Under the pieces are notes generated by a model. That model did not search any database. It was not told the DNA's origin and saw only the letters and a list, made by a program, of their open reading frames with translations. Below, piece after piece: positions 24,161 through 61,336 of a DNA stretch of 64,000 bases; position 1 is the stretch's first letter, and every line of letters begins with the position of its first letter. The translations under genes were made by a program, and so were the position numbers. Source of the DNA: Octopus vulgaris (Eukaryota); contig OX597828.1 in NCBI GenBank assembly GCA_951406725.2, positions 71,238,001 to 71,302,000 on the forward strand, in the 5' to 3' direction.

Positions 24161-25855
24161 ATTTGAGACTGTCAGGCATTGCCATTTGTATGAAGTTTTC
24201 TAAGACCATTTCAAAATGGAACCGTCTCCTGTTTTATATTTGAATTACTACACCCAGCTGTAAAAACGATAATGTGTACAAATGTCTAGGTTTACAAACA
24301 CATCCCACCTACACGTGTGTGGAATGTAAGAACACTGAAGATGCAGCTCCCCTTGATAAACAATTGAAACGATATGAAAGGATTGTAGAGAGATATTTGT
24401 TGCTGTTAATGACTCGATCATGTCATTGGTTGATATACATGTCAATAGAAGGGACTGGAGAGGGTTTTTTTGCAAAGGTTTATTAATAGAATCTGCCAAG
24501 ATGTTAAGGTAGAGATACACACTTGCCAAGAGTATGAGGTACAGACGGAAACAGCTGAAAAGTGTGGGACACGGATGAAAATGGCTGCAGTGTGAGGCAC
24601 AAGGGATTACTGCCAGGGTACAAGGCACTGTGTGTGTGGGTGTATATGATTTCCTTTTTTTTTTTTTTTTATCTTGTTTCAGTCATTGGACTACAGCCAT
24701 CCTGGGGCACTGCTTTGAATTTTAGTCAAACAAATCAATTATTCTTATTTTTTGGTGTTTCTGGGGTTTTTTTTCAGTCTGGTATTTATTTTATCAGTTT
24801 CTTTCCCTGTGCTGCTAAGTTACAGGGACACAAACACACCAACACTGGTTGTGAAACAGTCTTGGGACCCTGTTTTGTAGCTTTGTGATTTTGATGATGC
24901 AGTTGTTTACTTTTACAATGACATTGTAGATGGGTCTGATCTGGCCAGATTGAACATAAAGTGTAGAACACTTTGGCTGGATGAAACCAGTTCGAATGTT
25001 GAAGGGTTGCTGACAAATATTATTTCTTTAATTTCCAATAGCTCCATGGATTTAATGCCTCAGATTTTATTAGAGAATTACAGAGTTGTGATATTTATGC
25101 ATTTCCTGAGGCGGAGAGCATTCACTTCCCATCTGTTACATTGGTGTTAGGTTGACGTGGCGGCTGGCCAACCATCGTAGACATTGTGGATACCACTCGA
25201 CATTGATGTGTCATGTGGACAGAAACACATCAATCATAGTGTGAGAGACTGTCTAAATATGTAGACACATACAGACTCAGTGTGTGTGTGTGTGTGTGAG
25301 AGAGTGAAAGTGACACAATATGTCAGTCTTACATTTGTCTGCATATAATGCAGGACATGATTCCTCGGTTAATAATGATGATAAACTCTCACAATGGGGG
25401 GTAGATATTTATTTAATAAGGAATTAATCTCAGTGCTGGGTCAAGGAACCTTTTTATCTACTATGCACTTCAGTCACTAGACTGCGGCCATGCTGGGGCA
25501 CCAACATTAATTCTTAAACGAATGAATCATCCTCAGCACTTATTTTTTTGTTTTCTAAGCCTTGATGCTTATTCTATTGGTCTCTTTTGCCAAACCGATA
25601 AGTTTTTGGGATGTAAACACACCAACACCAGTTGTCAAGTGATTGTGGTGGTGTTGGTGGTAGGACTTCTTTCAGTTTCTATCTACCAAATCCACTCAAG
25701 GTTTTGGTCAGCCCTAGGCTATTGTAGAAGATACTTGCCCAAGGTACCACACAGTAGGAATGAACCTGGAACCATGTGGTTGAGAAGCAAACTTCTTGCC
25801 ATGCTGCCGTACCTATATATGTATATATACATATGTACATACACACACACATACA

Positions 25856-25896
<41 letters not shown>

Positions 25897-25935
25897 TTCA
25901 TTTCATTTCATCTAGTTTCAGCTCACAAGCTGTGG

Positions 25936-25976
<41 letters not shown>

Positions 25977-27777
25977 AAAACACCTTTTATCAATTCAAAA
26001 TGAATAATTCAATTACACCATTTAGAAAATTACAGATAATAGAAATATTAAAATTAAAATAACAATAAAATACCAATGATTAAGTAAATTGCAAAAAAAA
26101 ATTATAATAAAAACATATATAATTGGTATATAATATTCCCTCATATATATATATATATAAACAGCAAATTGGTCATCTTCACTTATAGCCATTTCAATTA
26201 ATACTCAATAAACATTAAATTTACATTTATGCAACATGAATTCAATATATATATATATATTTTCAAAGGCCACATAAAATTAAATCTGATTTAATAAGGC
26301 CACATTAAAGAAAGCTTTAAATCTCCCCTAGATTTGTATTTATTATGAAAATTTAATTGTAAATATTGATTTCTGATGTAATCGCACGGTTAAATTACAA
26401 ACAGTAAAGAAATATAAATGAAAAAAGATTGTAACTAAATGCCATAAGTCAGTTTATCTGATGCTCTGCCGATTTTGTGACTCTGATTCTTTGTAGTAAT
26501 CATTATTGTTTAACGGCCATCGTCCATGCTGGCATGGGTGGAACACTTTTCTAATATGAGCATAAGGTTTGAAGTTTTGAGAGAAGGATTAGCTGATTAG
26601 ATTAACCCTGGTACTTGGCTGTTACTTTATTTTATCAATCCTGAGAGGATTAAAGACAAAGTTGACCTGTGGCAGGAATTGAACTCAGAGCATAATTATT
26701 CTTGCTAATTGGATAAATCAACTTAAACTGTGAGCAACAGCATTTCCCCCACAAGTGACTGCAAGTCATATTGCAATCAATAAAAAATGTTGATGTAAAC
26801 ATTTCACTTAAAACATCAATGTTGTTTGTAATTTTTTTGTCAATCAATACAGGTTTTATGTTGAGAAATTGTGATCGTTTCTCTCTCTCTCCATTAACCC
26901 ACATATCAACTGTTCCGATGACATAAGTTCAGTGTTGTCTATAAATATTGAATCCTGCCGCACATAACACAAGGCCACACACATTTGGTGCAAGGCTGTC
27001 TGTTCACAATAAACTTATCGTATTTCTGCTGGAATCCACAAGTATTGTTTCATTGAAATTTGAAGACATTGAGAACACAGTGAAATAACTTTGTTGATTT
27101 TCTGCTGGTTTTTGAAAGAGAAATTTGATGGAAGGCTTTTAGATCATTTGAAAACAGTAGGTTTGTATCATAGAGCCAGGAGTGGTGGTCTTAGGTGGGT
27201 TGGTAGCCAAAGATTCTAATCACCTTCATTGCTTGGCTACTATTGTATCAATCCATCATCAAAGCATGTGGCTTAGTGGTTGGGGTTTTTGGCTCATGAT
27301 CATAAGATTATGGGTTCAATTCTCAGTAGGGCATTGTCTCCTTGAGCAAGTCACTTTATTTCCTGTTGCTCCAGTCCATTCAGCTGTAATTCAAAAGGGC
27401 CAGCCTTGTCACATTCTGTGTCGCACTGAACCACCCTGAGAACTACATTAAGGGTACACGTGTGTCTGTGGAGTGCTCAGCCACTTGCACCTTAATTTCA
27501 CAAGAAGGCTGTTCCATTGATTGGATCAACTGGAATCCCTGTTATATCCCTGAGTTAACCAATGCAACATGAGAAAATTTGGTGGATGGAAACTGCAGGA
27601 AGCCCCATGGTATGCTATATAAGCTTGCCTGATTACTGCACTATCTCTGCATGAAACTTAAAGTAGCTCAAGTATAAATTCCGTTTTTATTAAATATTTA
27701 TTTCTCGCTGGATTACAAACAAGCAAGCAATGCACTCTCTCTCCCCCTCATGTGTGTGTGTATGTATATGTATTTTT

Positions 27778-28152
27778 CTTTTACTCGTCATTTGACTGTG
27801 GCCATGCTGGAGCACCATCTTCAGTCAAACAAATCAATCCCAGGACTTATTCTTTGCAAGCCTAGTACTTATTCTATCAGTCTCTTTTGCTGAGCCGTTA
27901 AGTTATGGGAACGTAAATGCACCAACATTGGTTGTCAAGCGATGGTGGAGGGACAAACACAGACACACATACATACATATATACACACACACATGACAGG
28001 CCTCTTTCAGTTTCTATCTACCAAATCCACTCACAAGGCTATGGTTGGCTCGAGGCTATAGTAGAAGACACTTGCCCAAGGTGTCGTGCAGTGAGACTGA
28101 ACCTGGAATCATGTGGTTGGGAAGCAAGCTTCTTACCACACAGCCACACCTG
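27778..28152 (-). mobile_element. SINE family A
   Basis: Reverse complement of family A. Confidence 0.8.
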
Positions 28153-30384
28153 TGTATATATATATATATTGTGCATGAATGTAGATGTTCTACACTGTCA
28201 CTACTCGACCACAGTTGGGTTTATGCTGACAAGATTTGTTTATTCTGTGAATAAAGAAAGCCATGGGTTGGTGACAGGAAGAGCATCCAGCTGTAAAATC
28301 CTGCCTCAAATAGATCTTCATCCAAACTCATGCTTTCACAAACAAAATTAACCAACAAAAATGCAAAATAAAAATAGAAAATAAGAAAAGAAACCTCTCA
28401 CAGCATTGATCTGACTTCAATTATGGTTTCATTTCTGATTGCTTCAGGAACTTCCAGGAGACTTCTTGTCTCTAGAACCTCTGATTCTCTCACTCTCTCT
28501 CTCTTTCTCTCTCTCCTACTCTTTCTCTCTCTCTCTCACTCTCTCTCTCTCACTCTCTCTCTCTTTCTTTTTCTCTCTCTCTCTCTCATATAAGAACCAG
28601 TCTCATAAAGAAGAAAAGAAAAGAATGGATGCAGTCGGTTGAGTTTGAAGAATCTTTTAAATGTCTTTCCTGTCTCTTGTGGTTTAATGGCTTTATTTTC
28701 GGTCAATACTATTGACCGAAACATTTATAGACTGTCCGACATAATGTCAACATAATTGACATTCTGTCAGACAATGCTACAACCTCCTAGAATCGATAGA
28801 ATTGGTACTTTTAACAGAACACACTCTTCAAAGTTTGCACTGTAAAGTGTTATCAACAGATATCTATTCTTTGAAATTAAAGAAATCGTTTTAATGTTAA
28901 CTTAAAGAATTTGAATCATGAAGATTTCTTTTTTGCTGTCTTCTTTTTTAACATTTTGTTCTTTGATAAAATTAGTATTTTTCCTTTTTTTTTTTGTCTT
29001 TTTTTTTTTTAATTGAAATTGTTTTTTGTGAATCGGTCTTGTGAATTACAGGGTATCATCATTAGTGCTGATCTGACAAAAAGGGGAAAAAAGCACCCAG
29101 TACACTTTAAATTGGTTAGCATTTGGGGAGGCATCCAACTATAGAAACCATGCCAAAGGTGTCGAGGAGTCGGTGGAGTTTCACATAGTCTTGTGACTAG
29201 TTGGAGCCTGTCAAACCATCCAACCCATGCTGGCATGGAAGATCGTGATGATGGTGATGACAGTCTGTAAATATTTATTTTGTCTGGTTGAAAGTTGAGT
29301 TCGTGTCAGCAGGATTTGATGTAAGGATTGCAAAGTCTGGAAAAGTGACATTGCAGCTTGGCAAATAGGGTGAGGTGACAGACAGACATCTAGTGTTGTC
29401 ATTGCTGTCCTTAGGAACCTGTGCTACCAGTTCTGTGAGTGTGTGTTCTATTCAGATGGGTGCAGTGTTTACTAAAATGGTGTAGACAGGCTGCATTGAG
29501 GTGCAGTGAAAGAGAGAGAGAGAGAGAAAGTAGGTGTGGAAGAGTTTGTAATAATATTACCTGTTAATGAAATGGGTCAGACTAGACATGCCGTGGTTGG
29601 TGGGTGTGAAGAGTGACTACATTAAATTAGTATAGCATTGGTGACACCTATTAAGTCAATATTGCCACAAAAGGTGGTGATTCTGTATAGAATGACGCCA
29701 GAAGCATTCTAAACAATGAGGTGTAGGATTGCAGGAGGTTGTAAATGTAATGTTGAGCAAAATTTGATCTGGTAAAATTATCCAAGCAATTGGTCAGCAA
29801 AAACTCTAACAAAGGGTCGTAAAATCTAAAAGCAAACTGGGCATATGATTCCAAGAAGCTCAATTGATGAGAATTTTTAGACATTATTACAGACCATGCA
29901 AACTGGACATGATTTGGTCTGGTGAAGTCAGCTGGTGAAAGCAACACATGTTTCAGGCTTATTGGACCTCTTCAGTGAAGTATTTTCTATTCAGCTGGCA
30001 AAATCAATATATATCATCATTTAATTGCCACTTTCCCTTGTTTGCATGTGTTCAGACAGGATTCCTTAAAGCAGATTTTCTATAGCCAAATGTCCTTCCT
30101 ATTGCCAACCCTTACTGTTACCAAGCAAGGTAAAATATTTCCCTATGGCCAGAAATGTTTTTGCAGAAAATTGGAAATGAACATCATTTGCAAGCATCAC
30201 ATGATGTCTAGACAAGGCTACACACAAACGCATATACACAAGCACACATATACACACACGTATGTTTGTGTTTATCTATTTGATTGTTATATTATATTTG
30301 TTTTCTCTTTTCAGCTGCTTGAAAGTGTAAATCTATGATGTCTGCTAGTTTCTTCCACTCCTTATCAATGCACTTGTTGCCAAG

Positions 30385-54615
<24,231 letters not shown>

Positions 54616-55494
54616 AAATTTGCTGACAGCGCTGCTAGATACTGTGATTCCTCTTACTTTTATTTTGGTTAGTAACCAAAGATTGACTTAGTCAACTGTA
54701 CTTTAGTAAGAAAAGTTTTTGTGGCCACGGATAAAACAAACAGCAACTGTTGGGAGCAAAGGCAGAGCATGTCCATTGTACTAACCATGATAACAACTGT
54801 GCCAACCACCAACTTTTGGATGTGTCTCTCTTTCTCTCTCTCTCTCTCGCCTGCTCATTCGCTTTCTCCCTCACGCATACACACACACACACACACTCTC
54901 TGTCTCTCCCCTCTCTTGCTCTTTGTTTCTCTCTCTCTCTCTCTCTTTTCCCCACCTCAGGGATACACTTTACTCTAGACTTGATCTCGGACAACTGCCA
55001 CACTTTGAAACTTGATGTCGCTGAACATTTTACACAGAAATGGGCTGTTCACTATCTGTGGAGAGAAGTGGGTGATGGTGCGTTCACTATCTGCGGCAAG
55101 CAGCAGGGGTGGTGGTCGTGTGTTCATCGGGTGATGTGTTCACTGTCTGTGAAGAGCGACAGAAACGTTGACGTTCACTTAACTGTGGACAGCAGCAGAG
55201 GTGGGAGGGGATGAATGTTCATAGAGTGATGTATTGTCCACTCTCTTTGGAGTGTAGGGTGTGTTCACTATCTGTGGAGAGCAGGGTGGGGTGCAATGAT
55301 GTGTTCACTCTCTGTAGCGGAGGAAGCGGAGTAATGTGTTCACATAGTTCTGAAGAGAGTCAGGGGTGTGGAGTCTTGTGTCCACATATTATGGGAAATG
55401 GTGCGGTCAGATGATGTGTTAACGATTTGTGTAGTGTTGCCCAACAGTAGAGAGTGACTAGTTTTATTTATTTATTTATTTTAAAATATTGTCT

Positions 55495-55504
55495 ATTAAA
55501 TAAA
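55495..55504 (+). terminator. Candidate polyadenylation signal (overlapping ATTAAA/AATAAA) about 880 nt after the kinase stop
   Basis: attaaataaa, preceded by overlapping ATTTA pentamers at 55466-55478. Confidence 0.35.
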
Positions 55505-56726
55505 AACTCTCTGCTAAATGCTGCTAACAACAGCAGCTGATGTCCTACTGTCTATAGAAATATGTCCTAGCTCTCTCATCTAGCATCTGTAATCAATCTG
55601 CTGGTAGTATTCTTGGCTTAGAAGATCTCCTTTTAATTTCATTTTGTTCCACTTTGATATATCAACTTTTAGCTGATGAAGGAAAAATACAAAACAGAAT
55701 CCCTTTCAAACTTACATTTAGTTAGGGTCGTTTTTATAAAGAACAGCAATGACAACTGTTGTGAGGTGTTCTTTAAAAGACGAAATGCTTAGCGGTATTT
55801 CGCTTGTCTTAACGTTCTGAGTTCAAATTCCACCGAGGTTGACTTTACCTTTCATCCTTTCGGAGTCGATAAATTAAGTACCAGTTACACACTGGGGTCG
55901 ATGTAATTGACTAACCCCCCCCCAAAAAAAAAAAATTGAGGCCTTGTGCTTCCAGCAGAAAGGATTATTATTATTATTATTAGGATGATGGTTTAGCAGA
56001 ATTCTTTACCAGTCAGAAGAAATGGTGTGCAACATTTCTTCCAACTCCTCTGTTCTGGGTTCAAATTCCAACAAGGTTGACTGAGCATTTCATCCTTTTT
56101 GGGGTTCAATAATATAGAAATACTGGGTTTTCAATGTAATCCCTTATCCCTTGCCCCCATGAAAGATGTCATTGGGTGCAGACAATAGTTTTAAAGTGTA
56201 ATGTTATCTCTTTGTTTTTTGTTTTTTTGTTTTCTTTTGTCTTTCCCTAGGGTTCATCATCTGGACGTCATGGAAGTTGGTTTTGCATGGAATTCTCTCT
56301 GTCCAAACCATTCTTCCTGAGAACCACCACAACCATAGCACTTAGACTAACCAATATTATTCTCTTTGACTTCCAACATCTCACTAAATTCTGTGTTTGG
56401 ATCCTTTGTCAAAAATGTTACCACAAATGCTCTGTACCTCCCCCAGTGCCCGGGCGACGACGATGATGAACGTCACACAATCTTCTCTGTTGGACAGGTC
56501 CAATGGAATAGCGACATATTCATCCTCACTGACTTAATCATTAACACTCATCATTTTAATAATAATAATAATAACAATAATAATAATAATTTCTTGTGGC
56601 TTGAAGATAAAACTGTATTAATATACAGGTCGACAGTCCGATCAATCCCCAAAAAACATTTGGCACCAAAATAGATGCAGTGAATGATTTATCTTGTTGC
56701 TCTACCAACTGGCAATCCCACCATCC

Positions 56727-56768
<42 letters not shown>

Positions 56769-57944
56769 GTAGTAGTTGTAGTAGAAGTAGTAATATTGAT
56801 ATTGCATTGTTGCCATATATCATAGATTCCCCACCCCTCTCTCTCTCTCTCTCTCTCTGATGTAGCTGTTCCATTCAGTATTATGACTGGTAGACATATC
56901 CACCCAAGTATTGTAACCGGTTCTTGTATCACACTAAACCATCACTAATGATGGTAGTGTCACAATACGCTGTGACATGTGCCTGTGTCACAATGCGCTG
57001 TGACAGGTGCCTGTGTCACACTCTGCTGCTTTGTCCCAGTTCACTTTTGTCAGGGAATGTTTCTGGAATAAACATCTCGATGGACCGTAAAAGCTCATCG
57101 TTTGAACCACAAAACAGCTGCAGTGGTCATTAAGCTTGACCAACAATAATTACAATTGCAGTGGTCACTACCAAAGTCCAATGTTACAGTGGCAGGTCAG
57201 ACTATTGACCTGGTCTGACAGTCAAGTTATCGAATGACCTTTTTCTGTCACTGTATTTGTTTCAAGTGTTACACTGGACTTGGTGATATTGAAATATCCA
57301 GTGACATGTGTCAGCTGGCCTCTGTTTCCCTGTTTTTTCTCTGACTAGCAGCAGTGTCACACCATACTGGCCCAGCTACATGTTACAATATTGTTACTAG
57401 TAGCTACTACATCATACTGTGACTGGCAGTTTTGTCACACTCTACTGCGACAGCTACATATCATACTATAGTGCAACAGCTTCATGTGTCACACTACATT
57501 GTGACTAGCAGCTGTGTCACATATAATGATTGCTGCCTGTGTCACATTATATTGTGACATTGTTGTGTCACATATATTCGTGAGTTCCAACTTGTCACAT
57601 TTTTTGGTGACTGCCAGCTGGATGTGATGAATGTCTCTTCATCATCTTTCACTTCATTTACCACAGAATAACAATGTCTGGCAGCCATGTCGCATGCATT
57701 TAGTGTGACTGGCTGTTGCGTTTTATATTGTATGGTTTCAGACTTCATGCCATGGTCGTACTCTACTGTAATACAGTTCCACAGCTAGAATACCACAGAA
57801 TAGAGGTGTCTGCTACCTTAGTGTGACCAGTGGCTGTGTTACACTGTACTCCAGTGACCTCTGCCCTCTGATACTGTGATGTAATATAGATCCAGAGTAA
57901 CAACTATTGCCACCACATATAATATAAATATGGACTCGTGATGG

Positions 57945-58255
57945 TGCATGGCTCAGTTGTTAGGGTATTAGGCACACAATCATAAGATGGTGAGTTCAAA
58001 TCCCAGCACCATGTATCCTTAAGCAAGACACTCTTTCACCTTGCTCCAGTCCATTCACCTGGCAAAATTGAGTTGTTCCAGTAATTTAAAAAGAACCAGT
58101 CTTGTCACATTCTGTGTCACGCTGAATCTCCCTGGGAATTATGTTAGGGACATGCATGTCTGTGGAGTACTCAGCCACTTGCACGTCAATTCCACAGGCA
58201 GGCTGTTCCATTGATCGGATCAGCTGGAACCCTCGGCCTTGTAACCGACTGAGCG
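57945..58255 (+). mobile_element. tRNA-headed SINE family D
   Basis: tggctcagttgttagg..gagttcaaatccc head, gcaagacac..ctccagtcca core. Copies at 27265-27540+ and 10420-10742-; the head recurs with other tails at 15800-16030-, 45730-45860+ and 51225-51460+. Confidence 0.75.
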
Positions 58256-58921
58256 ACAGTCAAATAGAGACTTGGCCACACGCAAAATGCAGCAGTGGTT
58301 TCACTTCTGTCAAATATGGCCCAGAAAGAAAGAGAGAGAGAGAGTGGAGAGACTTAACTAAGCTAAAAACTGTACCATTGAAGCCATCTTACAGTTTCAA
58401 AAATTTAGAACCAATTAGAAAATCCTTCTCTTTCCTTTAATTAGTTAATTAATACAAAGATTTATAATTGATATGCGTAGCAGATACGATGTGACTGTCG
58501 TTATTTTGCTTTCTTCTTTTTTTAAACGTCCAGAAAATATATTTTTTATTTAAAAACTGAAAAATGGTTTTTCTTTCATTAGTTTTGGTCACACACACAC
58601 ACACACACACAACATACATACATACACATATGCATTCATAATATTCTGGTTTGTCAGGATTCTTAATATGGGATTATATCTTTCTTCTCCTTTGGGCTTG
58701 AAAAAGGACGCATCCGCGCTACCACCACCTCTTCCCCACCCCCCACGTCACTCGCTGCCGGTGACGGTGAAATCTGATGCAAGTGATATCAGAGGTAAAT
58801 CATTCAGTTGAAATTCTCTTCATTTCTGAAGATCTCTTTCACATTCTTTGGTTGGCTGCCACCTCCCTCTTCCCCACCCACTCTCCTAATAACGAAACTG
58901 TTTTTTTGTTTTATATATATA

Positions 58922-59228
58922 TATAGTCAAAGTAAGCAACAAGAATATCTTCGGTAATTTGGTACGCTCGTTTCACGCTACATCATTTTATTAAACATTG
59001 TAAGTATTACATCAGTTTTAAATTGCTCAACATTTTAAAACTGATGTAATACTTACAATGTTTAATAAAATGATGTAGCGTGAAACAATCGTACCAAATT
59101 ACCAAAGATATTCTTGTTGCTTACTTTGATTATAATCACCCCTTGGATTTATATGAATAACACCGTACAAAATTCTGGTACATCTGACTTAAGTACCATA
59201 TCCATTTGAATCTAAATTTTGCTGAACT
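58922..59228. mobile_element. Second fold-back element (about 101-bp arms 58922-59022 / 59034-59134, plus unpaired tail) in (TA)n
   Basis: Near-perfect inverted repeat (about 4 mismatches), 11-nt loop, TA runs on both sides. Confidence 0.7.
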
Positions 59229-59343
59229 TATATATATATAGAACGCGGTCGATTACTGTAAAGTTATTGAATTAAAACCGAGAAAATGCAATGTTTTATT
59301 TGCTGATATTAAAATGTTAATTTCTTCATAGAACAACACATTT

Positions 59344-60320
59344 GAGCTGGCAGAATCGTTAGTATGCTGGGTGAAATGCTTAGCAGTATTTTGTCTGCTG
59401 CTACGTTCCAAGTTCAAATTCTGCTGAAGTCGACTTTGTCTTTAAGGGTCAATAAATTAAGTACCAGTAAAACACTGGGGTCGATGTAACCGACTTGTCC
59501 CCTTCCCCACCCAAAAAAGAATTTCAGGCCTCGTACCTACAGTAGAAAGGATTATTATTATTATTATTAGCTATTAACAGAAACAGTTTTTGTAACGAAT
59601 ATTAATTAGTACATCCACTGTAACTTGGATATGTTAATTACCAGGTGGTGAACTAGCAGAATCGTTAGCATGCTGGGTAAAATGCTTAGTGATATTTCGT
59701 CTGCTGCTGTAAGTTCTGAGTTCAAATTCCGCCGAGGTCGACTTTTCCTTTCATCTTTTCAGGGTTGATAAATTAAGTACCAGTGAAATACTGGGGGTTG
59801 ATGTAATCAACTAGGCCACATCCCCCTAAATTTCAGGCCCTCTGCCCATAGTAGAAAGGATTATTATTATTATCAAGGGAGGTGGTTTGGCAGAATCCGT
59901 AATGCATCAGAAGAAATGTCTTTTTGACTCTCAGTGTTCTGAGTTCCACTCCTGCCCACCTCAACTTTGCCTTCCATCCTTTTCTGTGTGTGTGTGGTGA
60001 GGGCTTGTCGATAAATTATAATACCAGTCAAATACTGGGGAGGAAAAGGTTATCGACAAACCCACGCCCCCCCCTTCTCTCCAAAATTGCTGGCCTTGAG
60101 CCTAGTGTAGAAACCATTATTATTAGTAGTATTAGTAGTAGTAGTAGTAGAAATATTATTATCATTAAGGCAGTGAGCTGGCAGAATTGTTAAAGCTTTT
60201 CCGAAAGGCCCTTCATTGCTCCATGGTCAATTAAGTATAATGTACCAGTGATAAACTGGGGGACGATCTTCATCATTCTTCATCCTCTCGCAAAAATGTC
60301 AGGCCTCGTTGTGCCTAATG
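59344..60320 (+). mobile_element. Head-to-tail cluster of four SINE family B copies with (TTA)n tails
   Basis: Heads at about 59344, 59644, 59878 and 60170; the first three end with a gtagaaa..attattatt-type tail. Confidence 0.75.
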
Positions 60321-60938
60321 TAAGAAATCTTTTTTTTTTTTTTTTCCATTTGCTCCCCCTCCTCCTCCTCCTCCCAAAGTTTGGCCGACATTTCTTTCCC
60401 TCCATCCATCACTCTCACCTTTTACAGCGTTCACCTGTTGATTAAATTTGCTTCAGTTTTTCTTTTCTTCCGCTGCTTTTTTTTTTTTTGTCTTTCATCT
60501 ATTTAAAAAAAAAAAAAAAAACACATCATCATGTTTGGGTTTTTGGTGTTTTCTCTGTGTGGGTGGGTGGGTTGGTGGAGGGGAACATGTTGGATAAAAG
60601 GGTGTGGATGGGGAAGAGACACTGCCCCCCATCTCCATCGAGGCTGATAATAGCAATCCCCCCTCGAAATACCACCATCCTGTCATCCACCCATTCCACA
60701 TGCCCATCCACCCTTTTCTAGACACAAAAGTATCATCCAATCATAACTCACTCTCCACCCAGTAATAATTGTTACTGTTAATAATAATAATAATAATAAT
60801 ATTGATAATAATAATTGCAATACAATTTGTTTTCATAATAATGCACAAAAAAAAAAGAAAAATCTTATTTATTTTCTCTTGGGTTTCAATTTGTTTTGCC
60901 AACCATACAAATACACACACACACACACATACATACAT

Positions 60939-60979
<41 letters not shown>

Positions 60980-61300
60980 GTATACACAAGCATACACATA
61001 AACATGGCCATTCATACATTGTATATTTAAAACGAATCACACATTTAAGTCGGGGTTGGTTGGTCACCCATGGGAATTGAACTTGCTTGCTTCGGATTCC
61101 CTTCTGAGGTTCCCCCACCACCCCACATCCCCACCCTCAACTGATAGGAAATAAAGTTCAAATTCCAAGTTGGTAGATACTTGATCTCCCTTCTTCTTCT
61201 CCCCCCCCCACTTCCCTGCCCTTTTTTTTCTATTTATTTGATCATGTCTTTTTTTTTTTTTCTAAGAAAAAATAATACCTTATTCCTGTTGCTGCCACAT

Positions 61301-61336
<36 letters not shown>

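Noticed and set aside
28625-28643. Mini first exon MDAV with good Kozak and phase-1 GT
   Set aside because: Donor tcg|gttgag is poor and there is no other support.
55673-55710. CTGATGA hammerhead-like start (also at about 752, 6301, 34167, 47013, 48681)
   Set aside because: No correctly placed stem II plus GAAA/NUH.
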